Assembly (NCBI GenBank): GCA_035707525.1
Contig: DASSUA010000208.1
Location: 1 to 26,675 of the forward strand
Direction of reading: 5' to 3'
Origin: Pseudonocardiaceae bacterium
Lineage (GTDB): Bacteria > Actinomycetota > Actinomycetes > Mycobacteriales > Pseudonocardiaceae
DNA length: 26,675 nucleotides
The position numbers were made by a program, and so were the translations under genes. This document shows positions 15,388 through 22,918 of the stretch, piece after piece (within the stretch, counting starts at the first letter, position 1; each line of letters opens with the position of its first letter). The notes below the pieces were generated by a model, which was not told where the DNA came from, did no database searches, and saw only the letters and a program-made list of their open reading frames with translations.

Positions 15388-15924
15388 GTGTCGGTGCGAG
15401 ACCACGACGAGCGCTGCCTGCGCCTGGTTCACCTGCTGCGGGGCATCACGGTCGAGCTCAACCTGTTCGGCACCGAGTTCGCGGCCAGGAACCAGCTGCA
15501 TGCGACGGACCTGCGCGCCCTGATCCACCTACTCGACGCCGAACGAGAGGGTGCCACGGCCACGCCGAGTTGGCTCGGTGAGCGGCTCGGGCTGAACTCG
15601 GCGTCGGTCACGGCGCTGGTGGACCGGTTGGAGCGGCTGGGCCACGTGCGCCGGGTGCGCGACGGCGCGGACCGCCGCCGCGTTCGGCTGGTGGTTCAGC
15701 AGCAGGCCGTCGAGCTCGGTTGGTCGTTCTTCGGCCCGCTGATCGACTCGATGGTCGAGGCGATCAGGCCGTTCGACGAGACCGAGCTGGCGACCGTCCA
15801 GCGGTTCCTGCACGGCATGAGCGACGTGGTGCTCGGCGCCCGGCTCGAGCAGGGCGTCACGGCGTCCGGCGGCGAAGCGTCGCCGCGCCGAGCACGAGCG
15901 CGAGCAGCCCGCACCCCGCGATGA
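15388..15924 (+). CDS. MarR family transcriptional regulator
   Basis: Winged HTH pattern TDLRALIHL...LGERLGLNSASVTALVDRLERLGHVRR..D..DRR. The GTG at 15388 lies 7 nt after TAGATT. Confidence 0.92.
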   Translation: MSVRDHDERCLRLVHLLRGITVELNLFGTEFAARNQLHATDLRALIHLLDAEREGATATPSWLGERLGLNSASVTALVDRLERLGHVRRVRDGADRRRVRLVVQQQAVELGWSFFGPLIDSMVEAIRPFDETELATVQRFLHGMSDVVLGARLEQGVTASGGEASPRRARARAARTPR

Positions 15925-16591
15925 TGACGATGTCGAGCATCAGCTCCGCGGTGATGTCCGCGGAGGTGGTGACGACCTTCATCGCGTCGATCGCGTAGGA
16001 CAGCGGCAGCACGTTCGAGATCGCCTCGAGCACCGGGCTCATGAGCTCGCGCGGCACGAACAGCCCGCAGAGCAGGATCTGGGGCAGCACGATGGCCGGC
16101 ATGAACTGCACCGCCTGGAACTCGGTGCGGGCGAAGGCGCTGACGAACAGCCCCAGCGCCATGCCGAGCAGCGCGTCCAGCACCGCGACCAGCAGCAGCA
16201 TCCACACCGATCCCGCGATGTCGAGCCCGAGCCAGGTCACGGTGATCGCGGCGATGATCGCCACCTGCCCGAAGGTGAGCACGCCGAACGCCACCGCGTA
16301 GCCGAACAGCAGATCCAGCTTCCCGATCGGCATCGTCATCAGCCGCTCCAGCGTGCCCGTCGTGCGCTCCCGCAGCGTCGCGATCGACGTGATCAGGAAC
16401 ATGATCACGAACGGGAAGATGGCTAGCAGCGCGGGCGCGATGCGGTTGAACAGCACCTCGTTGTCGAACACGTACCGCAGCAGGATCATCAGCAGGGTCG
16501 GTACCAACAGCATGAGCGCGAGAGTGCGCCGGTCGTGGCGCAGCTGGTTGAGGATCCGCTTCGTGGTGGCCAGCGTGATGGTGACGTTCAT
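15857..16591 (-). CDS. ABC-2 type exporter permease
   Basis: C-terminal part of track ORF 15857..17377, starting MNVTITL... It has ERTTGTLERL and EFQAVQFMP motifs and six TM helices. ATGA overlap with the ATPase stop. Confidence 0.92.
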   Translation of the reverse strand: MNVTITLATTKRILNQLRHDRRTLALMLLVPTLLMILLRYVFDNEVLFNRIAPALLAIFPFVIMFLITSIATLRERTTGTLERLMTMPIGKLDLLFGYAVAFGVLTFGQVAIIAAITVTWLGLDIAGSVWMLLLVAVLDALLGMALGLFVSAFARTEFQAVQFMPAIVLPQILLCGLFVPRELMSPVLEAISNVLPLSYAIDAMKVVTTSADITAELMLDIVIIAGCGLLALVLGAATLRRRTP

Positions 16592-17313
16592 GAGACCTTC
16601 TCCTGCTGCCTGACCAGATACAGGAACGCCTGCTCGAGGTCCGCGGTCCCGGTCTGGGACCGCAGGTTGGCCGGGGTGTCGTCGGCGATGATGTGGCCGT
16701 CCCGGACCAGCAGCAGCCGCTCGCAGCGGGCGGCCTCGTCCATGACGTGGCTGGAGACCAGCAGCGTGACCCCGGACTGGACGAGCCGGCCGAACAGCTG
16801 CCACAGGTCGTCGCGCAGCACCGGGTCGAGGCCGACCGTCGGTTCGTCGAGCACCAGCAGCTCGGCGGACCCGAGCAGGGCGACGGCCAGGCTCGCCCTG
16901 GAGTGCTGGCCGCTGGACAGGGAACCGGCGAGCTGGCCCTCGGTGCCGGTGAGGCCGACGGTGTCGATCACCCGCTGGACGTCGGTCGCCGGGGCGCCGA
17001 GGACCGTCGCGAAGTAACGAAGGTTCTCGGCGACGGTCAGGTCGGCGTAGACGGCGGGGTCCTGCGTCGAGTAGCCGACGCGCTTGCGCAGCTCGGGAGA
17101 CCCGGCCTCGTGGCCGAGCACCGTCACCGTGCCGCCGCGCGCGATCTGCACGCCGACGATCGCGCGCATCAGCGTGGTCTTGCCGCCTCCGCTCGGCCCC
17201 AGCAGGCCGGTGACGCTTCCCCGTGGCACCTGCAGGCTCACCCCGTGCAGGACCTCGCGCCCGCCGCGGTTGACCCGCAGCTGGTCGACGACCACCGCCG
17301 GTGGACTGGTCAT
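16588..17313 (-). CDS. ABC transporter ATP-binding protein
   Basis: Walker A GPSGGGKT, signature LSSGQ, Walker B LLVLDEPT and H-loop SSH. Confidence 0.95.
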   Translation of the reverse strand: MTSPPAVVVDQLRVNRGGREVLHGVSLQVPRGSVTGLLGPSGGGKTTLMRAIVGVQIARGGTVTVLGHEAGSPELRKRVGYSTQDPAVYADLTVAENLRYFATVLGAPATDVQRVIDTVGLTGTEGQLAGSLSSGQHSRASLAVALLGSAELLVLDEPTVGLDPVLRDDLWQLFGRLVQSGVTLLVSSHVMDEAARCERLLLVRDGHIIADDTPANLRSQTGTADLEQAFLYLVRQQEKVS

Positions 17314-18149
17314 GATCGTGCCTTTCGCCCGGTCTGGTTGCTTGTCGGCTGGTCCCGCGTCGTCTGGTTCCGGCCACCGACCGCGGCCAGGAACGCCTCG
17401 GTGAACACCTCGGCGGCCTGCTCGGCGGTCGGGAACGACGGCCCGAACAGCGGCCCGAACACGGGCCTGGTCAGCATGTGGATCGCCATCGGGCCGAGCA
17501 GCAGCTGGGCGACCAGCGGCAGCGGCAGCTCCCTGATCCGGCCGGCACGCATCTCGTCGGTCAGCCAGGCGCCGAACGAGCCGAGCATCCGCGGGAAGTT
17601 GGCGGCCAGCACGCGCCGGCCCGGCCCTTCCGGCCGGCCGAACACGTCGGCCATGAGCGCCGGCAGCACCTGCCGCTCGTGCTCGAACGCCCGGATGAAC
17701 GCGCGGTAGACGGCCCGGACCGTCTCCTCGACCGTGTCCGGCCGGTCGGCCATCAACGCCTCGAGGTCCAGCAGCGGGCTGTACCGCTCGAACACGGCAC
17801 TGAGCAGCCCGTCGCGGCCGCCGAACGTGACGTGCAGGCCGGGCTGGGAGCAGTCGGCCGCGTTGGCGATGGCCTCCAGGGTGACCGCCGACAGGCCGTG
17901 CTCGGCGATCAGGGCGGCGGCGGCCTCGATCGCGCGCTCGCGCACCGGCGGCCGCCCGCCGGGGTCGACGCCGGTCGCCCGCACCGCCTCGTCGAGCGCC
18001 CGCCTGGATCCCCCGATGCGCCGCAGCAGGGTGCTGCGCGAGATGCCCGCCGCGGCCGCGATCGCGGTCAGCGGCACGTCGGCGACGTCCCGACCGCGTT
18101 GCTTCGCCTCCGCCACGGCCGCCGCCACGAGGGCGGGCGGAACGGTCAT
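17310..18149 (-). CDS. TetR/AcrR family regulator with an extra N-terminal HTH
   Basis: Two HTH-like segments, LTAIAAAAGISRSTLLRRIG and LEAIANAADCSQPGLHVTFG. ATGA coupling to the ABC ATPase gene. Confidence 0.85.
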   Translation of the reverse strand: MTVPPALVAAAVAEAKQRGRDVADVPLTAIAAAAGISRSTLLRRIGGSRRALDEAVRATGVDPGGRPPVRERAIEAAAALIAEHGLSAVTLEAIANAADCSQPGLHVTFGGRDGLLSAVFERYSPLLDLEALMADRPDTVEETVRAVYRAFIRAFEHERQVLPALMADVFGRPEGPGRRVLAANFPRMLGSFGAWLTDEMRAGRIRELPLPLVAQLLLGPMAIHMLTRPVFGPLFGPSFPTAEQAAEVFTEAFLAAVGGRNQTTRDQPTSNQTGRKARS

Positions 18150-18160
18150 GACACGCGAGG

Positions 18161-18841
18161 CTAGCCTATATTTGATCTAATGTCACGTCTCAAGGCGGGT
18201 TCCTGCCCGCAGGTGATGGCCGCCAGCAGCAGGTGGCTCATCGCCTCCTTGATCTCGTCGGGCGGGCGCGGATTGCTGTGCGCCTGCCACTCTCGCAGCA
18301 GGCCGGTGATGGCTCCGACCAGGCCGATCGCGATCAGCCGGTAGTCGCGGCGGGGCGCGATGCCGCGCTTGACCGCCTCGTGCGCCTCGGTTTCGATGAG
18401 CGCGGCCCAACGGTTGACCCACAGCTGGTGCTGGTTCTGCATCGCCGGGGTTGCGCCGGGAGCCTCCAGGTAGGCCAGGCGCGGCAGCCGCGGATCGACC
18501 ACGACGGACTCCCAGAACGCCTCGAGCAGCCGGTTCACCCTGGTCGAGGCCGGGTCGTCGGCCGAACAGTCGTTCAGGGCCGCGGTCACCGAGGCCAGCC
18601 CGGTAGTGTTGATCTGTTCGTGCAGGGTGAGTAACACGTCCTCCTTGCTGGCGAACTCCTCGTAGAAGTTCCGCGTGGAGACGCTCGCCCGGCTGCATAA
18701 CTGCTCGATGCGCGCAGTGTGGTAGCCGTAAGTCGTGAACACCTCTAGTGCGGCCGCGAGGAGCCGTTGCCGGCGGTCGGCGCGGCGTTGCTCCGGAAGC
18801 ATTCCACGGTAGGTGCGGGAGGACTCGCTGCCCCGGCTCAT
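18161..18841 (-). CDS. TetR/AcrR family regulator
   Basis: RTYRG...RRQRLLAAALEVF...IEQLCSRASVSTRNFYEEF HTH pattern. AGGAG lies 6 nt before the ATG at 18841. Confidence 0.92.
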   Translation of the reverse strand: MSRGSESSRTYRGMLPEQRRADRRQRLLAAALEVFTTYGYHTARIEQLCSRASVSTRNFYEEFASKEDVLLTLHEQINTTGLASVTAALNDCSADDPASTRVNRLLEAFWESVVVDPRLPRLAYLEAPGATPAMQNQHQLWVNRWAALIETEAHEAVKRGIAPRRDYRLIAIGLVGAITGLLREWQAHSNPRPPDEIKEAMSHLLLAAITCGQEPALRRDIRSNIG

Positions 18842-19042
18842 CCCCATCTCCTAAATAAGTTCGGATACACGGAGCGTAGTCCTGTGCACAACCGGTTGCG
18901 TCCCGTGTGGGATGCCTCCAACATCATGGCGGGAGATATGGGGACCGCGCACATATGCGGGAGCGGATCTACTGCCTAGCGTCGAACCAGGCCCCAGCCG
19001 GCTGGCGCGCCCGAGCTGATCCAATCGCGCCCCTAACGCCTG

Positions 19043-19064
19043 GATTCATGATTGTGAATCATGA
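19043..19064. promoter_or_regulatory. Nested inverted repeats (TCATGATT-GTG-AATCATGA; GATTCA-N6-TGAATC), candidate operator of the MFS gene
   Basis: Perfect 8-3-8 palindrome at 19046-19064, ending 12 bp before the ATG at 19077. Confidence 0.55.
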
Positions 19065-19076
19065 CGGAGTTGACCT

Positions 19077-20417
19077 ATGCCTGACGCAACGACCGCGCCC
19101 CGCGGAATCCGCCGAGTTGTCGCCGCCAGCATGGTCGGCACGACAATCGAGTGGTACGACTTCTTTCTCTACGGCTCGGCCGCCGCGCTGGTGTTCAACA
19201 AGGTCTTTTTCCCGACCGCCGACCCGCTGACCGGCACGCTGCTGGCCTTTTTGACCTACGCGGTGGGCTTTGCCGCTCGCCCGCTCGGCGGGATCGTGTT
19301 CGGCCATTTCGGTGACCGGCTGGGTCGCAAGCGCCTGCTGGTGCTGAGCCTGCTGCTCATGGGGGTGGCGACGTTCGCGATCGGCCTGCTGCCCACCTAC
19401 GCCGCGATCGGCGTCGCCGCGCCGCTGCTGCTCACGTTCCTTCGCCTGGTGCAGGGCTTCGCCCTCGGCGGCGAGTGGGGCGGCGCCGTGCTGATCGTCT
19501 CCGAGCACGGGGACAGCGAGCGGCGCGGGTTCTGGGCGTCGTGGCCGCAGGCCGGCGCGCCGGGCGGCAACCTGCTGGCGACCGGCGTGCTCGCGCTGCT
19601 GGCCTGGCTGCAGTCGGACGCGGCCTTCCTGTCCTGGGGCTGGCGGATCCCGTTCCTGCTATCCGGGGTGCTGGTGGTGATCGGCCTGTGGATCCGGGCC
19701 AGCATCGCCGAGTCGCCGGTGTTCCTGGCCGCGCAGGCCTCCCGGGAGACCCAGGCCGGGCCGCAGCGGCTCCCGCTGTTGCAGGCGATCCGGGAGCACC
19801 CGATGGAGATCCTGGTCGCGATGGGCGCCCGGATGGCCGAGAACGTGTGCTACTACGTGATCACGGCGTTCGTGCTGGTGTACGTGACCCAGCAGCTCGG
19901 CCTCTCGCGCAGCGTCGGGCTCAACGCGGTGCTGATCGCCTCGGCGGTGCACTTCGTGACCATCCCGCTGTGGGGCGCGCTGTCGGACCGCGTCGGCCGG
20001 CGTCCGGTATACCTTTTCGGCGCGGTCGGCACGGGCCTGTGGGCGTTCGCGTTCTTCACCCTGCTGGACACCCGCAACACCCTGCTCATCCTCGTCGCGG
20101 TGACGGTCGGCCTGCTGTTCCACGGCGCGATGTACGGGCCGCAGGCGGCGTTCTTCTCCGAGCTGTTCGGCACCGGCGTGCGCTACTCGGGCGCGTCGGT
20201 CGGCTACCAGCTCGCCTCGATCGTCGCCGGCGCGGTGGCCCCGCTGATCGCCACCGCGCTGCTGCGGGAGTACGGGGTCTCGTTGCCGATCTCGCTGTAC
20301 GTCGCGGCTACCGCGGTCATCACCGTGATCGCCGTGCTGGTGGCCCGAGAGACGCGCGGGCGGGACCTGGCGGCCGGGAAGCCGGTGGTGGCCAAGGAAG
20401 TCGTATCGACGGTGTAG
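19077..20417 (+). CDS. MFS transporter, metabolite:H+ symporter (MHS, ShiA-like) family
   Basis: GTTIEWYDFFLY, ARPLGGIVFGHFGDRLGRK, QGFALGGEWGGA and SDRVGRR motifs; about 12 TM helices. Confidence 0.95.
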   Translation: MPDATTAPRGIRRVVAASMVGTTIEWYDFFLYGSAAALVFNKVFFPTADPLTGTLLAFLTYAVGFAARPLGGIVFGHFGDRLGRKRLLVLSLLLMGVATFAIGLLPTYAAIGVAAPLLLTFLRLVQGFALGGEWGGAVLIVSEHGDSERRGFWASWPQAGAPGGNLLATGVLALLAWLQSDAAFLSWGWRIPFLLSGVLVVIGLWIRASIAESPVFLAAQASRETQAGPQRLPLLQAIREHPMEILVAMGARMAENVCYYVITAFVLVYVTQQLGLSRSVGLNAVLIASAVHFVTIPLWGALSDRVGRRPVYLFGAVGTGLWAFAFFTLLDTRNTLLILVAVTVGLLFHGAMYGPQAAFFSELFGTGVRYSGASVGYQLASIVAGAVAPLIATALLREYGVSLPISLYVAATAVITVIAVLVARETRGRDLAAGKPVVAKEVVSTV

Positions 20418-20427
20418 ACATAGGAAC

Positions 20428-22320
20428 ATGTCTACTCGGCCCGCCCCGAGCGGCCCAGCCGGGCCGCTCGCGGTGCTGGGCCTGCTGGCCGCGGGGGCCG
20501 ACGCCCACCAGCTCCAGGAGCCGCTGCGCCGGGCCCGGGCGGCCGGGACGGAGCCCGCCGGGCTCGCCGAGCTGGAACAGGCCACCCTGCTCGCGCTGCG
20601 CATCCAGGCCACGCTCGCCGCGCACCGCCGCCGCGAGGGTGAGCTGGCCGCGCTGTTCGACACCGCGAGCGACCTCGCGGCGCTGCGCGACCTCGACTCG
20701 GTGCTGCGCTCGATCGTGCACCGCGCCCGGATGCTGCTGCGCAGCGACATCGCCTACCTCACGCTCAACGACGACCGGGCCGGCGACACCTACATGCGGG
20801 TGACCGACGGCTCGATCTCGAAGCTGTTCCAGCAGGTCCGGCTCGGCATGGGGGTCGGGCTCGGCGGGCTGGTCGCGCAGACCGCGCAGCCCTACGCGAC
20901 GGCGAACTACCGCGCCGACAGCCGGTTCCACCACAACCGGGGCGTGGACGCGGCGGTCGACGACGAGGGCCTGGTCGCGATCCTCGGGGTACCGCTGCAG
21001 CTGGGCGAGAAGGTGATCGGAGTGCTGTTCGCCGCCGACCGCAGCGAGCGCACGTTCACCGCCGATGAGGTGTCGCTGCTGTACTCGCTGGCCACGCACG
21101 CCGCGATCGCGATCGACTCGGCCGACCGGTTCGCCCAGACCAGGGCCGCGCTCGACGAGCTGCACGCCGCCCACGCGACGATCACCGGGCACACCGCCGC
21201 GATGCAGCGCGCCGAGCAGGCGCACGACCGGCTCACCCAGCTCGTGCTGCGCGGCGGTGACGTGGCCGAGCTGGCCGAGGCGGTCGGGCAGATCCTCGGC
21301 GGTCAGGTGGCCGCCTTCGACGCCGGCGGCGCCGAGCTCGCCGGCGCGGCGAACCTCATCGCCGCGCCCTCGGCGGAGGCGCTCGCCGCGACCAGGGCCA
21401 CCGGCCGGGCGGTGTTCGACGAGGCCACCGGCCCGCAGGGGCGCTGGGTGTGCGCGGTGCTGGCCGGGCAGGAACCGCTCGGTGCCCTGGTGCTGGAGGG
21501 CCGGGCCCAGCTCGCCGACGCCGACCGGCGGCTGTTCGAGCGCTCGGCCGCCGTCACGGCGCTGCTGCTGTTGCTGTACCGCTCGGCGGTGGAGGCCGAG
21601 GACCGGGTGCGCGGCGAACTGCTCACCGACCTGCTCGGCGGCCGCGACCCGGCCGGGCTGGCCGCGCGCGGCCGCCGGCTCGGCGTCGACCTCGGCGCCT
21701 CTCAGGTCGTGGTGGTGGCCAGGGCGCCCGGATGCCCGCGGCAGCGGGTGGCGGCCCTGGCGGGACGCCTGGCCTTCGGGCACGGCCTCGGCGGCGAACA
21801 CGACGGCGACGCCGTGCTGCTGCTCGCCGGCGACGACGCGGCCGGGCACGCCAAACGGGCCGCCGCGGAGCTGTCCAGGCAGGCCGGCCAGCCGGTGACG
21901 GCCGGTGCCGCCGGTCCGGCCCGCGGTGTCGCGGAGATCCTCGACGCCTACGCCGACGCCCGCCGCTGCGTCAACGCGCTGATCGCGCTCGGCCGCACCG
22001 GCCAGGCCGCGAGCGCGGCCGATCTCGGGTTCCTCGGCATCGTGCTCGGCGGCCGCGACACCACCGAGTTCATCCGGTCCACGATCGGCGCGGTGATCGA
22101 ATACGACCACCGGCGGGGCACCGAACTGGTCCGCACGCTGGAGACGTATTTCGCCTGCGGAACCAATCTCAATGCGACCAAGCAGGCGCTGCACGTGCAC
22201 GTCAATACGGTCGTGCAGCGCCTCGACCGGGTGGCCGCGCTGCTCGGCAAGGGGTGGAACGAGCCGGACAGCGCACTCGAGGTGCAGCTGGCGCTGAAGC
22301 TGCACCGCCTGGCGGACTAG
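20428..22320 (+). CDS. GAF-domain PucR/CdaR family transcriptional regulator
   Basis: GAF domain (GLGGLVAQT...ILGVPL...IGVLFAA), a degenerate GGDEF-like middle domain and a PucR C-terminal HTH (LHVHVNTVVQRLDRV). Confidence 0.92.
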   Translation: MSTRPAPSGPAGPLAVLGLLAAGADAHQLQEPLRRARAAGTEPAGLAELEQATLLALRIQATLAAHRRREGELAALFDTASDLAALRDLDSVLRSIVHRARMLLRSDIAYLTLNDDRAGDTYMRVTDGSISKLFQQVRLGMGVGLGGLVAQTAQPYATANYRADSRFHHNRGVDAAVDDEGLVAILGVPLQLGEKVIGVLFAADRSERTFTADEVSLLYSLATHAAIAIDSADRFAQTRAALDELHAAHATITGHTAAMQRAEQAHDRLTQLVLRGGDVAELAEAVGQILGGQVAAFDAGGAELAGAANLIAAPSAEALAATRATGRAVFDEATGPQGRWVCAVLAGQEPLGALVLEGRAQLADADRRLFERSAAVTALLLLLYRSAVEAEDRVRGELLTDLLGGRDPAGLAARGRRLGVDLGASQVVVVARAPGCPRQRVAALAGRLAFGHGLGGEHDGDAVLLLAGDDAAGHAKRAAAELSRQAGQPVTAGAAGPARGVAEILDAYADARRCVNALIALGRTGQAASAADLGFLGIVLGGRDTTEFIRSTIGAVIEYDHRRGTELVRTLETYFACGTNLNATKQALHVHVNTVVQRLDRVAALLGKGWNEPDSALEVQLALKLHRLAD

Positions 22321-22736
22321 CCCCGCTGCGGCTGTTCGAGGCTGGCGACCGGGGTCGTCCGCGGCTGCAGGAATCCGACCACCAGCGTCGTGGCAATGGG
22401 AATTGCCAGGTAGGACGAGGCGACGTCGGTGAAGTACTCGGTAAGGCTGATGTTGAACGCGCCCGCGAAATACAGCGCCAGGTCTGCGATGATCGTGATG
22501 GCCGCCCAGACCAGCCCCACGACCAGCCCCTCGACGAATGAGCCGGCGCGCACGGCACGCAGGTACCAGATGGTAAGCGCGATCGTCACCCCGACGAGCG
22601 TGCTGAGTTTGATCGACTCGTACAGTGCCTCGTGCTTGCCTTCCGCCGGCAGCAGGATCAGTGAAATCGCCACCAGCCCAACCCACACGCCGAGCCCACC
22701 GAGCAGGGCGCGCTTGGGCGACTGCACCTCGAACAT
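22317..22736 (-). CDS. Small four-TM membrane protein, unknown function
   Basis: Four hydrophobic segments. GGAG lies 7 nt before the ATG at 22736. Confidence 0.7.
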   Translation of the reverse strand: MFEVQSPKRALLGGLGVWVGLVAISLILLPAEGKHEALYESIKLSTLVGVTIALTIWYLRAVRAGSFVEGLVVGLVWAAITIIADLALYFAGAFNISLTEYFTDVASSYLAIPIATTLVVGFLQPRTTPVASLEQPQRG

Positions 22737-22918
22737 GGACACGCTCCGCGACTATTATGTGACGGCATCTGGTAACCGCCCTCCGGTGGGCGATCACCTT
22801 ATAGCTCAAGGTCAAGGGATGCGTCCGTGGGCGTGTCCATGGGTAAGGGGTGTGTCCACGGCACCTCATGATTACAGTGGGCCCACGGCTGATGCGCGCA
22901 AGTGGCGGAGGTATCCCG

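Noticed and set aside
186-17377. Extended track starts for ORFs 186..1517, 8654..9574, 9475..10443, 12352..14481 and 15857..17377
   Set aside because: The N-terminal extensions overlap other real genes. Internal starts with stop/start coupling or family motifs fit better.
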